NCBI GenBank assembly: GCA_963823335.1
Contig: CAWGLD010000005.1
Location: 384,001-448,000 of the forward strand
From: an uncultured delta proteobacterium
GTDB lineage: Bacteria; Desulfobacterota; Desulfobacteria; Desulfobacterales; B30-G6
Direction of reading: 5' to 3'
DNA length: 64,000 nt
Shown here: positions 17,944 to 29,514 of the stretch, piece after piece
How the letters are laid out: every line of letters starts with the position of its first letter
How positions within the stretch are numbered: position 1 is the stretch's first letter
Made by a program: the position numbers and the translations under genes
Notes under the pieces: model-generated
What the model was told of the DNA's origin: nothing
The model's database searches: none
What the model saw: only the letters and a program-made list of their open reading frames with translations

Positions 17944-19236
17944 TCAGTTGAATACCCGACTGAAAATGGCGCTGATATACTTTAAATGATACCCCACGTC
18001 AAATATTTCTTTAATTTTTTCTTCGCCCAGATGTTTTCGTATGGTGGGTTCTTCCAGAATCAGATCCTGGAAAGATCCTTTTCCCTGCCACACACGCATG
18101 GCCTGATCTTGGACGATCCTGTAGGCTTCCTCACGGGTCACGCCCGCCTCTGCAAGAGCGACAAGAACCTGTTGTGAAAAAATGAGCCCCTTGAGTTTAT
18201 CAAGGTTGGCGCACATGTTTTTCGGGTAAACCAGAAGATTCTTCAGCATGTTGGTCATGCGGTGCAACATGTAATCTATCAGAATGGTGCTGTCGGGACC
18301 GATAACACGCTCAACCGATGAGTGACTGATGTCACGTTCGTGCCACAAGGGGATGTTTTCAAACGCCGTGATGGCATTGCTCCGTACGATTCGCGCCAGA
18401 CCGCACAGATTTTCCGACCCGATGGGATTTCTTTTGTGTGGCATGGCCGATGACCCTTTTTGGCCCTTGGAAAAGTATTCTTCCGCCTCCAGAACTTCCG
18501 TTCGCTGCAGGTGTCTGATTTCCAGCGCCATTTTATCAATAGTAGAGGCGATAATGGCCAGCACGCTAAAAAACTCGGCATGCCGGTCCCGCTGGACGAT
18601 CTGTGTGGATGCCGGTGCCGGTTTCAAGCCCATTTTTTTGCAAACATAAGCTTCGACCAGGGGCGGTGTGTTGGCAAACGTGCCAACGGCTCCGGATATT
18701 TTCCCACAGCTGATGCTGTCGATGGCATGCACGAGCCGTTCTTTATTGCGTCTCATTTCATCGTGCCAGACAGCCAATTTTAAACCAAAGGTAATCGGTT
18801 CGGCATGAATCCCGTGGGAACGCCCGATCATGACGGTCTCTTTGTACTGGAAGGCTTTCTTTTTTATGACCGCCATGAGTTTGTCGACATCGTCCAATAT
18901 CATAAGGCCGGCTTTTCGCAGCAGATAGGCCAGACTGGTGTCGAGAACATCCGAAGAGGTCAGCCCCATGTGAATGTAGCGCGAATCCGGCCCCACATTT
19001 TCGGCAACGCTGGTGAGGAAGGCGATGACGTCATGTTTGGTCTCGGATTCGATTTCCTCGATCCTTTCCACGGAAAAGCTTGCCTTACGCTTGATGACCG
19101 CAAGGGATTTTTTAGGGATTCTGCCGATAGTTGCCAGTGCTTCACAAGCATGGATCTCCACCTTGAGCCATGTTTGATATTTGGTTTGATCTGTCCAGAC
19201 GTCTCCCATTTCTTTGCGTGTGTAGCGATCGATCAT
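17944..19236 (-). CDS. purB: Adenylosuccinate lyase
   Basis: HDVIAF, GRSHGIHAEP, GSSAMPHKRNP and WHERDISHSS. Confidence 0.96.
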   Translation of the reverse strand: MIDRYTRKEMGDVWTDQTKYQTWLKVEIHACEALATIGRIPKKSLAVIKRKASFSVERIEEIESETKHDVIAFLTSVAENVGPDSRYIHMGLTSSDVLDTSLAYLLRKAGLMILDDVDKLMAVIKKKAFQYKETVMIGRSHGIHAEPITFGLKLAVWHDEMRRNKERLVHAIDSISCGKISGAVGTFANTPPLVEAYVCKKMGLKPAPASTQIVQRDRHAEFFSVLAIIASTIDKMALEIRHLQRTEVLEAEEYFSKGQKGSSAMPHKRNPIGSENLCGLARIVRSNAITAFENIPLWHERDISHSSVERVIGPDSTILIDYMLHRMTNMLKNLLVYPKNMCANLDKLKGLIFSQQVLVALAEAGVTREEAYRIVQDQAMRVWQGKGSFQDLILEEPTIRKHLGEEKIKEIFDVGYHLKYISAIFSRVFN

Positions 19237-19301
19237 ATTATTGGTTCCTTGTATTCTTCTTTTAGGGGTCTATCCCAAATAAAAGCGTTCCAAGATTTTA
19301 T

Positions 19302-20762
19302 TTAGGCCTCGAATTTGCACTCGCCGGGGTGCATCTGGCCATCTCCCACAATACGTATTGAAAGTTGCCGGCGCGCTTCCAGATCGAGAATTTCTTTGCG
19401 TTTGTTGTTGAGGACATAATCGGCCACATCGGCCGGCAGCATGCAGGTGACGTTTTTGATGTCCGGTTTGAGGGTCTCGATCTGCAATTTTCTTAAAAAC
19501 CGCACCCCGAGGGTTTCTTTGGATGCCACGAGTCCTTTTCCTTGACAGTGATCGCAGGTCACATAACTGCCAAACTCAATGGAAGGCTGAATGCGTTGCC
19601 TTGACATTTCAAGAAGTCCGAATTTTGAAATTCGGCCAAGATTGGCCTTGGCTTTGCCAGCTTTGATATGAAGTCGCAATGTCCGCTCCACTTCAGCCCG
19701 ATTCTTGGTATTTTTCATGTCGATAAAATCAATGACAATCAGACCCCCCAAGTCCCGGAGTTTGAGTTGTCTGGCAATTTCTTCAGCAGCCTCGACATTG
19801 GTGGTCAAGGCTGTCTTCTCAACGGATTTCTGATGGGTTGCCTTTCCAGAATTGACATCAATGGCAACGAGGGCCTCTGTCTGGTCAATGACGATCGATC
19901 CGCCGGATTTGAGGTTAACCCTGTTTTCGTAAATAGACGCTATCTGGTCCTCCAGCTGAAACTTTGAAAAGATTGGGGATGCGCCTTTGTGAAGTTTGAC
20001 GATATTGAGATGCAGCCGGGAAATGATCTGAATAAAGCTCTTTACTTCATGGAACACTTCTTCATCATCGATGAGTATTTCGGTTACCTCCGGCGTAAAG
20101 TGATCACGGATGGATCTGACGGCAAGATTTCGTTCTTTGTAAAGCAGGGCAGGGGCGGTTGCTTTCATGCCTTTGTTCATGATGTTTTTCCAGAGTCGCA
20201 GGAGATATCGCAGGTCTTTGGAAGCCAGGGTTTTGGTGCAATTTTCGCCTGCTGTGCGGATGATAATACCGAAACCCTCCGGGACCTTGAGATTGGCGAT
20301 TATTTCTTTTAAGCGTTGTCTTTCCGTCTCATCCTCTATTTTTCTGGAAATACCCTTAGTTTTAGAGCCCGGCATGAGGACAATATGTCTGCCGGGTAGC
20401 GATATAAAGGTGGAGAGCATGGCGCCCTTTTTCATTCTGGGATCTTTGGTCACCTGTACCAGAATTTCCTGGCCTCGCTTGATAATATGTTTGATAGAAG
20501 AGGCTTCGCCGGAGGGTGTTTCCTGGAAATAGTCGCTGTGAATTTCCTGCTTCTGGAGAAAACCGTTTCGTTCGGCGCCGTAGTCCACAAACGCTGCCTG
20601 AAGACTTGGTTCGATTCGGGTGATAATCGCTTTGTAGATATTGCCATGTGTTATTTCTCTGGCAGCACTCTCGATGCGGAATTCTTCGAGTTTGTTATCG
20701 ATAACTTTTGCGATTCTGATCTCCTCGGAATCGACGGCATTGATGAGAATTTTGCTGGTCAT
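19302..20762 (-). CDS. Ribonuclease E/G family
   Basis: S1 domain (GNIYKA..LQAAFVDYG), DVNSG, RDLGGLIVIDFIDM and CDHC Zn-link. Confidence 0.93.
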   Translation of the reverse strand: MTSKILINAVDSEEIRIAKVIDNKLEEFRIESAAREITHGNIYKAIITRIEPSLQAAFVDYGAERNGFLQKQEIHSDYFQETPSGEASSIKHIIKRGQEILVQVTKDPRMKKGAMLSTFISLPGRHIVLMPGSKTKGISRKIEDETERQRLKEIIANLKVPEGFGIIIRTAGENCTKTLASKDLRYLLRLWKNIMNKGMKATAPALLYKERNLAVRSIRDHFTPEVTEILIDDEEVFHEVKSFIQIISRLHLNIVKLHKGASPIFSKFQLEDQIASIYENRVNLKSGGSIVIDQTEALVAIDVNSGKATHQKSVEKTALTTNVEAAEEIARQLKLRDLGGLIVIDFIDMKNTKNRAEVERTLRLHIKAGKAKANLGRISKFGLLEMSRQRIQPSIEFGSYVTCDHCQGKGLVASKETLGVRFLRKLQIETLKPDIKNVTCMLPADVADYVLNNKRKEILDLEARRQLSIRIVGDGQMHPGECKFEA

Positions 20763-21047
20763 GAACGGTTGTCCTTTTCGTTGCTAAATCCGGTTTCCAA
20801 GGTGTGTATTATGAGATTGGCATGATCAAGTCAAACGATTTTTATCCAGCTTGCCCGGCTGACTGGTGGCACCACTTCGTATTGACACATGATTTTGTTG
20901 CCACTGACGGCAAGCATCTTTAGGGAGATGCATCTTGATATTTGAGAGATATTGTGACATGAGAGACGACACCCTGATAAAGAAACAGGCTATGTGGGCC
21001 TGGCCGTGATCTTTACTGACATTGTTTTTCGGAGGTTTCTTCATCTG

Positions 21048-23654
21048 ATGAAAAAAAAATACGACCCAAAGTCCATAGAATCCAAATGGCAGGACATGTG
21101 GGAGCGCAGTGGGCTTTTTAAGGCTTGTGCAGACCCGCAAAAAGAAAAATATTACCTGCTGGAAATGTTTCCCTACCCATCCGGTAATATCCATATGGGC
21201 CATGTCAGAAACTATACCATAGGGGATGTGGTTGCCCGCTACAAAAGAATGCGTGGTTACAATGTGCTGCATCCCATGGGTTGGGATGCTTTTGGGATGC
21301 CTGCTGAAAACGCCGCCATTGCCCATAACAGCCATCCAGCCACATGGACCTACCAGAACATCGACAACATGCGCAGCCAGCTCAAACGGATTGGTTTTTC
21401 TTATGACTGGGACAGGGAACTGGCGACCTGTAAACCCGACTACTATCGGTGGGAACAGTGGCTGTTTTTGAAAATGTACCAGAAAGGACTGGCCTACCGG
21501 AAAGAATCCTTTGTCAATTGGTGTGAACCCTGTCAAACGGTCCTGGCCAACGAACAGGTGGAGGCCGGTATGTGCTGGCGATGCGGAAAACCGGTTCGCC
21601 AGAAAAATCTTTCGCAATGGTTTTTCAAGATCACCGATTATGCCGAAGACCTGCTTGTTCATAGCGACAAACTATTGGGTTGGCCCGACAAGGTCACAAC
21701 CATGCAGAAAAACTGGATCGGCAAGAGCATCGGTGCGGAAATCGAGTTTGTCATCGAGAAACCCGCCGGAGGCCGATCGGAGACCATTTCCGTCTTCACA
21801 ACACGCCAGGATACGGTTTTTGGGGCAACCTTCATGTGCCTGGCACCAGAGCATCCGCTTGTTCTGGCACTTTCCCGGGGGACACCTGAAGAGGCGCGTG
21901 TCCAGACGTTTGTGGAACGAATGTCGATGCAGGACCGGTCAGCCAAAACCGTCGAAAATTTTGAAAAGGAGGGGGTCTTTATCGGTGTGCATTGTATTAA
22001 CCCCCTGAGTGGCAGGAAATTACCGATTTTTACGGCCAACTTTGCGCTGATGGAGTATGGAACCGGGGCCGTCATGTGCGTCCCGGCGCACGATCAGAGA
22101 GATTTTGATTTTGCAAAAAAATACGGACTCGACATCACCGTCGTGGTGGCGCCCGAAAAACTGCATCTCGAAGGTGCAACGATGACAGAGGCATATACCG
22201 GTCCGGGCATCATGGTCAATTCCGGGGATTTCAACGGGATAGCCAACACCCAGGCCCAAGAAAGTATTGCCGACTATCTCGAGACTAACCATATCGGGAA
22301 AAGAACCGTCAGTTACAGGCTTCGGGACTGGGGAATTTCCAGACAGCGCTACTGGGGCACACCGATTCCGATGATACACTGTAAGACCTGCGGCATTGTG
22401 CCGGTAACAGAGACGGATCTTCCGATAGTTCTGCCTGAAGATGCCAATCTTCTGGCAGGTGGACAGTCTCCTCTCCCGGAACTGGATGCTTTTGCCCGTA
22501 CCAAATGCCCTCAATGCGGTGATCCTGATGCGCGTCGTGAAACCGATACCATGGATACGTTTGTCGAATCTTCATGGTATTTCGAACGATACTGCAGCCC
22601 CCACTACCACGAAGGCATGTTTGACAAGGAAGCCGTTGATTACTGGATGCCGGTGGATCAATATATCGGGGGAGTGGAGCACGCCATTTTGCACTTGCTG
22701 TATTCACGGTTCTATACACGTGTCTTGAATGACCTGGGACTTGTTTCATATAAGGAACCCTTTACCTGTCTGTTGACACAAGGTATGGTCTGTAAAGAGA
22801 CGGCCGTGTGCCCGGAACATGGGTTTTTGTTGCCTGAAGAGGTTTCCCATGGGGACAATGAGGAGGGCGTCTGCACCCGCTGTGAAAGTCCCGTCACTAT
22901 CGGGCGGGTCGAGAAAATGTCCAAATCGAAAAAAAATGTCATCGATCCGAACATCCTGCTGAACAAATATGGTGCGGATACGACGCGGCTTTTCTGTCTC
23001 TTTGCCGCCCCCCCGGAACGCGACCTGGAGTGGAGTGAGCAGGGTGTGGAAGGTGGTTTCAGATTTCTGAACCGGGTGTGGCGATTTGTCGCCAAGCACA
23101 TGACCACCATCAAAGGAGTGGCACCCTACACAGGGAGTCTGGATCACCTTTCCGGCGATGTCAAAGATCTCTACAGGAAGACCCACGAGACGATTCAGCG
23201 TGTTACCAGAGATATAGAAGATCGTTTCCATTTTAACACAGCCATCAGTGCTGTGATGGAACTGGTGAATGCCCTTTATAGCGCCGACAAGGTGTCCTCC
23301 ACATCAGAGTGGCCGGGTGTGGCACGGTTTGCCATTGAATCAGCGGTGATCTTGCTGGCGCCCATTGTGCCACATTTCTCCGAAGAGATCTGGGCTGAGA
23401 TGGGGCATGCTGAGAGTATCTTGCTGGCACCCTGGCCGGAATACCATGCAGATGCGCTGGTGAAGGATGATCTGACAATTGTGGTTCAGGTAAACGGAAA
23501 GGTCAGAAGCCGTTTTACCATTGCAAGCGATGTGTCGGATGAAGACATCAAGCAGAAAGCCCTGTCGGATGAACGCGCATTGAAATTCGTGGAAAACAAG
23601 GGCATCAAGAAAGTAATCGTGGTCAAGAAAAAACTTGTCAATATTGTTGTATAA
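21048..23654 (+). CDS. leuS: Leucine--tRNA ligase
   Basis: MFPYPSG-HMGH and KMSKS; start ATG 21048 after GGAGG. Confidence 0.97.
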   Translation: MKKKYDPKSIESKWQDMWERSGLFKACADPQKEKYYLLEMFPYPSGNIHMGHVRNYTIGDVVARYKRMRGYNVLHPMGWDAFGMPAENAAIAHNSHPATWTYQNIDNMRSQLKRIGFSYDWDRELATCKPDYYRWEQWLFLKMYQKGLAYRKESFVNWCEPCQTVLANEQVEAGMCWRCGKPVRQKNLSQWFFKITDYAEDLLVHSDKLLGWPDKVTTMQKNWIGKSIGAEIEFVIEKPAGGRSETISVFTTRQDTVFGATFMCLAPEHPLVLALSRGTPEEARVQTFVERMSMQDRSAKTVENFEKEGVFIGVHCINPLSGRKLPIFTANFALMEYGTGAVMCVPAHDQRDFDFAKKYGLDITVVVAPEKLHLEGATMTEAYTGPGIMVNSGDFNGIANTQAQESIADYLETNHIGKRTVSYRLRDWGISRQRYWGTPIPMIHCKTCGIVPVTETDLPIVLPEDANLLAGGQSPLPELDAFARTKCPQCGDPDARRETDTMDTFVESSWYFERYCSPHYHEGMFDKEAVDYWMPVDQYIGGVEHAILHLLYSRFYTRVLNDLGLVSYKEPFTCLLTQGMVCKETAVCPEHGFLLPEEVSHGDNEEGVCTRCESPVTIGRVEKMSKSKKNVIDPNILLNKYGADTTRLFCLFAAPPERDLEWSEQGVEGGFRFLNRVWRFVAKHMTTIKGVAPYTGSLDHLSGDVKDLYRKTHETIQRVTRDIEDRFHFNTAISAVMELVNALYSADKVSSTSEWPGVARFAIESAVILLAPIVPHFSEEIWAEMGHAESILLAPWPEYHADALVKDDLTIVVQVNGKVRSRFTIASDVSDEDIKQKALSDERALKFVENKGIKKVIVVKKKLVNIVV

Positions 23655-23732
23655 ATTTGATTTTTTTCCGCTGATATGCCGTGGGGAAAAAACAAATTAT
23701 GGATGAAGATGGTATTAATAAACACGGTATTT

Positions 23733-24266
23733 ATGAAGCTATTTCAGTCTGTTGGTTTCGCTATCCGGATGGCCATCATCGTTACCTGCCTTGTACTGTT
23801 CATATCCTGCGGCTACAGGTTTGCAGGCAGCGAGAAGTTGCCCCAGGGTGTTGAAAGCCTGTTTGTTGAACTGCTTGAGAACAAAACAACCGAACCGGGT
23901 GTGGATATCGTAGTCACCAATGAACTGAAAAATGAGTTTATTCGGAAGTATCCGGGAGTTCTGGTTGATAGAGATATGGCAGCGGCGGTACTTTCGGGTG
24001 CGGTGGTTGGAATTCAGACCGAAACCGTCGCCAGAAGAGGTGTCTTGACGGCTCTCGAGAGAAGCGTTTCTATGACCATCGACCTGTCATTGAAAACAGC
24101 GATAAACGAGAGGATCTGGTTTGCCCGGGGCATCAGCAGCAGCGACACGTATACGGTGGTCTCAGGGGACAAAGAAGCCACGGAACGGAACAAGCGGAAC
24201 AAAATAAGAGATCTTGCCGAAAGAATCGCGGAAATAGCGTATTACCGTATAACGGATGATTTTTGA
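23733..24266 (+). CDS. lptE: LptE-family lipoprotein
   Basis: Lipobox FISCGYRF and position directly after leuS; start uncertain. Confidence 0.8.
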   Translation: MKLFQSVGFAIRMAIIVTCLVLFISCGYRFAGSEKLPQGVESLFVELLENKTTEPGVDIVVTNELKNEFIRKYPGVLVDRDMAAAVLSGAVVGIQTETVARRGVLTALERSVSMTIDLSLKTAINERIWFARGISSSDTYTVVSGDKEATERNKRNKIRDLAERIAEIAYYRITDDF

Positions 24267-24313
24267 CACGGCTGTCCCACAAACCTGACGAGGCTTGGGG
24301 TCCTTAAATAAAA

Positions 24314-24345
24314 GCGCCACCCGGAAAGTATTCTGCGGGTGGCGC
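24314..24345. terminator. Hairpin/terminator between convergent lptE and rpsT
   Basis: GCGCCACCCG...CGGGTGGCGC with an upstream A-run (U-tail on the minus strand). Confidence 0.65.
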
Positions 24346-24381
24346 AAAATATGATGAGCATAAAATGGAAACCAGGTCCGA

Positions 24382-24645
24382 TCAGACAGCCTGGTTAACC
24401 ATTTTTGACAGCCTTGATATTTTACGTGCGGCTGTTTTTTTATGAATAACACCTTTTTTGGCAGCTTTATCGATGACAGATATGGCAGACCTCAGGTGTG
24501 TTGAAGCAGTTTCGGGGGCTTCTCCCTCCGTTGCTTGGTAAACAGCCTTCACAGTATGCTTTACCCTGGTTTTTACCGCTTTATTGCGCAACCGTTTCGT
24601 TTCAGACTGTTTTGCACGTTTGAGTGCGGATTTATGATTTGCCAA
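24382..24645 (-). CDS. rpsT: 30S ribosomal protein S20
   Basis: MANHKSALKRAKQ...IDKAAKKGVIHKKTAARKISRL. Confidence 0.97.
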   Translation of the reverse strand: MANHKSALKRAKQSETKRLRNKAVKTRVKHTVKAVYQATEGEAPETASTHLRSAISVIDKAAKKGVIHKKTAARKISRLSKMVNQAV

Positions 24646-24816
24646 TGTTTCATGCTCCTTTCGGTTCGTTGTTTGTTATGTAACCTTATTCACATATAAA
24701 TATATCAGATCCAAGTCAATATATTTTTTGTATCTAATTTAAAAACGCTTATGTGGGCCTGGCCAGAGATCTAAAACACCGGGGACCCACTTCAGCTTAA
24801 ATAATTAAGGAGGCAG

Positions 24817-26394
24817 GTGAACTCACAGGTTACAAAAGCGGCCGGGGTGGTGGGTGGCGCGACCCTGTTAAGCCGTATTTTCGGGTTGTTAAGGGATATT
24901 GTCATCGCGGGATATTTCGGGGCCGGTATGGCATCGGATGCCTTTTTTGTTGCTTTCAGGATTCCCAACCTGCTGCGAAGGCTTCTTGCGGAAGGGTCCT
25001 TGACCATTGCCTTTGTTCCGATTTTTTCGGAATATCTGGCAAAGGAAGGAGAATCGGCTGCGTTTGTATTTGCCAGATCCGCCGCACGCATCATTTCAAT
25101 CCTTCTGGCCGCCGCCGCAGTCATCGGTATTCTCCTGACACCCGTGATCGTACGTATCATAGCCCCTGGTTTTATGGCATCGCCCGAAAAACTGGCCTTG
25201 ACCATTACCTTAACCCGGTTCATGTTTCCCTATATATTTTTTATTGGTCTGGTTGCACTCTGCATGGGCATTCTAAATGTCCTGGGGCATTTCGCCGTAC
25301 CTGCCCTGGCACCTGTTGTGCTGAACTTCGCCATGATTGCAACGGTTCTATTTCTTTCACCTCATCTCCAATACCCGGTCTACGGTTTGGCTGTTGGCGT
25401 GTTGATCGGTGGATTGTTGCAGTTGCTGCTTCAGATACCCATTCTCTTGCGCAAAGGCGTGGTATTGTGGGGGGCGGCTGGGTTGTTTCATCCCGGGCTG
25501 AGGCGACTCGGTAAGTTGATGCTGCCGGCTGTATTTGGAGCAGCTGTTTATCAGATCAATATATTGGTCGGCACACTGCTGGCATCCCTGTTGCCCGATG
25601 GAAGTGTTTCCTATCTTTATTATGCCGATCGCCTGGTTCAGTTCCCACTGGGAATTTTCGCCATCGCTATTGCCACAGCCGTACTTCCCAGCTTTTCAAC
25701 CTATGCGGCTGTCCAGGACAACAAGGCTTTGGGTGAAACATTTGGATATGCCATGCGGCTGGTATTTTTTATAACCATTCCTTCCATGGTAGGGCTGATA
25801 CTGCTGAGAGAGCCGATTATCGGGCTGCTGTTCAAACGTGGTGCTTTTGACAGTCAGACCACAGCACTTACAGCATCGGCACTTCTCTACTACGGCCTCG
25901 GACTTTGGGCTTTTTCGGCTGTCCGGATCGTTGTAACGCTTTTTTACGCATTGCAGGATACCCGGACACCCGTAAAAATGGCTGTCATATCCATTTTCGT
26001 CAACATGATCCTGGGTGTTGCACTCATGTGGCCACTCCAGCATGGCGGTCTGGCACTGGCAACGTCTCTGGCTTCAATGGTCAATCTATATCTGCTCGTA
26101 AAGGCACTAAGAAAAAGGGTCGGTTTGATCGACTGGCATGAGATCCTGCTATCTGTATGGAAAACGCTTTTATGCTCCGCTGTTATGGGACTGGCTGTTT
26201 TTGCAGCAGCAGGCATACTGATTCCACAGGGCCAGGCAAGTTTCCTAAAACTCCTGTGCAGTGTCTCCGGAACGATTCTGGTCGGAATCGGTTTCTATGC
26301 GGGATGTGCTATCCTGGTTAAATGCAGCGAGGTTTCTGATCTGGTAAAAATGATTGACCGGCGCACCACCTCCCAGGAACAAGGATCGAAATGA
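24817..26394 (+). CDS. murJ: Lipid II flippase MurJ
   Basis: SRIFGLLRD, AFRIPNLLRRLLAEG and YYADRLVQFPLG. Confidence 0.96.
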   Translation: MNSQVTKAAGVVGGATLLSRIFGLLRDIVIAGYFGAGMASDAFFVAFRIPNLLRRLLAEGSLTIAFVPIFSEYLAKEGESAAFVFARSAARIISILLAAAAVIGILLTPVIVRIIAPGFMASPEKLALTITLTRFMFPYIFFIGLVALCMGILNVLGHFAVPALAPVVLNFAMIATVLFLSPHLQYPVYGLAVGVLIGGLLQLLLQIPILLRKGVVLWGAAGLFHPGLRRLGKLMLPAVFGAAVYQINILVGTLLASLLPDGSVSYLYYADRLVQFPLGIFAIAIATAVLPSFSTYAAVQDNKALGETFGYAMRLVFFITIPSMVGLILLREPIIGLLFKRGAFDSQTTALTASALLYYGLGLWAFSAVRIVVTLFYALQDTRTPVKMAVISIFVNMILGVALMWPLQHGGLALATSLASMVNLYLLVKALRKRVGLIDWHEILLSVWKTLLCSAVMGLAVFAAAGILIPQGQASFLKLLCSVSGTILVGIGFYAGCAILVKCSEVSDLVKMIDRRTTSQEQGSK

Positions 26395-26693
26395 GTGACA
26401 AACAGAAAATATTTCTCTCCGTTGTGATCCTGATTCTGTTCTCTCTTTTGTTGTTTATCATGTTCAGTGATAGCGGGCTTGCCGATCTTTTTAAACTTAG
26501 AAGTGAAAAGGATCGTCTGCTTCAGGAAAACGCCAGGTTGAAGCGTGAGAATCTGACAATGTATCGCACCATCGAAAGACTCAAGAACGACCCTGACTAT
26601 ATCGAAAGTATCGCCAGGAAAGAGCTGGGAATGATCAAGAAAGGTGAAGTAATATTGAAACCAAAGCCGTCAGGAGATGAAAACAAACCCTGA
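26391..26693 (+). CDS. ftsB: Septum formation initiator (FtsB/DivIC family)
   Basis: N-terminal TM helix, coiled coil and IESIARKELGMIKKGE. Confidence 0.85.
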   Translation: MSDKQKIFLSVVILILFSLLLFIMFSDSGLADLFKLRSEKDRLLQENARLKRENLTMYRTIERLKNDPDYIESIARKELGMIKKGEVILKPKPSGDENKP

Positions 26694-26795
26694 CAGGTTT
26701 TGAAAGGAAGAACAGCAAGACCTCTTAAACAGAGGCAATCTATATGAAGAAGCGCTGGATGGGCTCAGGCAAACAAAACAAAGAGGAGAGGATGC

Positions 26796-28478
26796 ATGAA
26801 GAGAAAGAATGTAGTGCGGCACCAAGGCCTAACAGACAGGGATGTTTCGGTTTGCCCGAACGGGGAGGTTTTTCAACTTCCGCAGGAGGATGAATACCCG
26901 GCGGAGTTCGAGCGCCTGAAGCTACTGGTGGAAGAGCATCGGAAAATACAGCGCGAGATTGTTGTGGTCATGGGTGTCGGGTTTGTCGGTGCTGTCATGG
27001 CGGGTGTGGTTGCGGATTCCGTCAATCAGGACACAGGGGAGCCCTATTATTTCGTTATCGGTATGCAGCGTCCTTCGGTTCGATCGTTCTGGAAAATTTC
27101 CTATCTTAACCGTGGTATTGCGCCAGTGGAAGCCGAGGACCCGGAGGTGGCCCTCATGATCGAACGCTGTGTCAAAGAGCGAAAAAATCTGGTGGCATCC
27201 TTTTCATATGACGTACTGAGCCTTGCGGATATCGTTGTTGTGGATGTCCAATGTGATTATCACAAGGAAACCCTCGGAGATGTCAAGAAGGGCTACGCTG
27301 ACATACAGGCCCTGGAAGAGAGTCTTGAGACTATTGGCCAACGCGTTGATCCCGAGTGTCTGGTCCTGATAGAGACCACGGTACCGCCTGGGACCACCGA
27401 ATATGTTGCTTACCCCATCATTAAAAAGGCTTTTTCCGGTCGCGGATTAAAAGATAGGGAACCCCTCCTGGCCCATTCTTTCGAACGGGTCATGCCGGGA
27501 CGCAACTACGTGGCATCCATCCGTGATTTCTGGCGTGTCTGCAGTGGCATCAATGATCGGGCCCGTGAACGTGTAACAACGTTTTTATCGCGCGTGATCA
27601 ACGTGGAACAGTACCCCTTGACGGTCCTGGACAGCCCCATCGAAAGCGAAACCTGTAAGATTGTTGAAAATTCATATCGTGCCACTATCCTTGCATTCCT
27701 GGATGAATGGAGTAGATTTGCCGAAAGGAATCATGTGGATCTCACAAAAGTCATTCAGGCCATCAAGGTGCGACCCACCCATTCAAATATCATATTTCCC
27801 GGGCCAGGCATTGGTGGCTACTGTCTGCCCAAGGACGGAGGATTGGGGGTGTGGGCGTACAATCGTCTCATGGGTTTTGATGATGACATTTTCAAAATTA
27901 CGCCCATGGCCATAGACATCAACGATACCCGAGCGCTGCATGTTGCGGAACTGGTGCGCGATGCCCTTCGCAATATGGGAAAGATCGTGGCAGCTTCAAA
28001 GATTGCGCTCCTGGGAGCCTCCTACAGAGAAGATGTCGGTGACACGCGCTACAGCGGCTCGGAACTGGTCGCTCGTAAGTTGACTGAAATGGGAGGAGAA
28101 ATGATCGTTCACGATCCCTATGTGAAACACTGGTGGGAACTCGAGAAGCAGGACACCTACCCGGCACCCGGTCATTCCTGGGCACGATTCTTCCGGAACC
28201 AGGAGGGTTTGACAGGGCTTACCATGCAAAGTGAACTCCCGCACGCTTTAAAGGATGTTGATGCCGTTATTCTGGCGGTGAGACACCGGCAGTACTGCGA
28301 ACTTTCGCCCAGGCATATTCTGGAAATGACCGGCCGACCCGTGGCGATCATAGATTGTTTCGGCATATTTGATGACGACAAGATTCGCCAATTCTTTGAG
28401 CTTGGATGTGAAGTGAAAGGGTTGGGGCGCGGGCATATTCAACGGATCAAGGAAACTGTGAGGCGTGGAAAGAAATAA
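26796..28478 (+). CDS. NDP-sugar dehydrogenase (UDP-glucose/GDP-mannose dehydrogenase family)
   Basis: GVGFVG Rossmann motif, ETTVPPGTT, KIVENSYR, GPGIGGYCLPKD and YREDVGDTRYS. Confidence 0.88.
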   Translation: MKRKNVVRHQGLTDRDVSVCPNGEVFQLPQEDEYPAEFERLKLLVEEHRKIQREIVVVMGVGFVGAVMAGVVADSVNQDTGEPYYFVIGMQRPSVRSFWKISYLNRGIAPVEAEDPEVALMIERCVKERKNLVASFSYDVLSLADIVVVDVQCDYHKETLGDVKKGYADIQALEESLETIGQRVDPECLVLIETTVPPGTTEYVAYPIIKKAFSGRGLKDREPLLAHSFERVMPGRNYVASIRDFWRVCSGINDRARERVTTFLSRVINVEQYPLTVLDSPIESETCKIVENSYRATILAFLDEWSRFAERNHVDLTKVIQAIKVRPTHSNIIFPGPGIGGYCLPKDGGLGVWAYNRLMGFDDDIFKITPMAIDINDTRALHVAELVRDALRNMGKIVAASKIALLGASYREDVGDTRYSGSELVARKLTEMGGEMIVHDPYVKHWWELEKQDTYPAPGHSWARFFRNQEGLTGLTMQSELPHALKDVDAVILAVRHRQYCELSPRHILEMTGRPVAIIDCFGIFDDDKIRQFFELGCEVKGLGRGHIQRIKETVRRGKK

Positions 28479-28510
28479 GCAGACGGAGCAATAAAAAGGG
28501 GGACACAACG

Positions 28511-29491
28511 TTAGGTGTGTGCAATATCCGCTTCAAACTGCTGCAACAGAAACCGGTCATACCAGGCTGGTTGAAAAAGACCTTCGATAAAGCCATTGTG
28601 CCCTCCACGCTCGAGCATGATGACATCGGTGCCTGCGCTCGGCTTTAACCGCTGGAATTCCTGGATGGGAATAATGGGATCGTCTGCCGCTGTCAGGATA
28701 CTGAGCGGCAGGGTAATCTTTCGGGTGAGTTCAGGCTGAATGCTGTAAGCCTGGAAGTATTCATGAGTACTGGCGTAGTCTGTATGCTTTTCAAGGAGCC
28801 GGGCCGTCATTTCCCGCAGGGTTTTCAGCTTCAGTATATCGGAAAAATCATAGAGCTCCGGATAAAGGGTCTGCTTCAAGGTCAGCGATCTGCGCCATTT
28901 CTTTAAAAAATAGCTCAGTATCAAAGGATTGCTGTCGATCCTGTCGGTGGCCTTGTCCGGGTCCAGTACCGGGCTGATACTCACCACGCGGTTCAGCTTG
29001 CAGGTGTCGTGACCGGCGTATCGGGCAGCGATACGAATGGCAAAATTTCCCCCTAAAGAAAAACCCACCAGATACACAGGCCCTCCCCGGTTAAAATTGG
29101 ACGCCTGATGTACAGCATCCCAGACCTCGTCCAGCAGGGTTGCATAAAACAAGCCTTTGTTCAGCTGATGACTGTTGCCGTGATCTCTTAAATTGAGACG
29201 AAAGACAGAGAAGCCGTTTCTGTATAGGTAATCGCCACAGGTCACCATATAAGTTGAATGCGAACTTCCCTCCCATCCGTGAAGCAATATGACCAGACCC
29301 CGGTTTGTTTCTTTTGATCGGGGTGTATAGACACCTAACAGTTTGGTGTTCTTGCGAGTTTCCAGGACAACCGGTCTTTCCTGGCGCAGCAAAGCTTTTT
29401 TACCCCAGGTACGTATGTTCAGGCTGGCAAGCAATGTCTGAACGACAGCGGGTTTGAGGTAGAACGGTGGCTGGAACGGGGTGAGGTGCAT
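28511..29491 (-). CDS. Alpha/beta hydrolase (YheT/ABHD-like)
   Basis: HGWEGSS, GFSLGG nucleophile elbow, AADDPII and GGHNGF. Confidence 0.88.
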   Translation of the reverse strand: MHLTPFQPPFYLKPAVVQTLLASLNIRTWGKKALLRQERPVVLETRKNTKLLGVYTPRSKETNRGLVILLHGWEGSSHSTYMVTCGDYLYRNGFSVFRLNLRDHGNSHQLNKGLFYATLLDEVWDAVHQASNFNRGGPVYLVGFSLGGNFAIRIAARYAGHDTCKLNRVVSISPVLDPDKATDRIDSNPLILSYFLKKWRRSLTLKQTLYPELYDFSDILKLKTLREMTARLLEKHTDYASTHEYFQAYSIQPELTRKITLPLSILTAADDPIIPIQEFQRLKPSAGTDVIMLERGGHNGFIEGLFQPAWYDRFLLQQFEADIAHT

Positions 29492-29514
29492 AAGCGATTT
29501 GGCATCCTATCCTA

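Noticed and set aside
20826-21662. 278-aa minus-strand ORF
   Set aside because: Antisense to the leuS 5' region.
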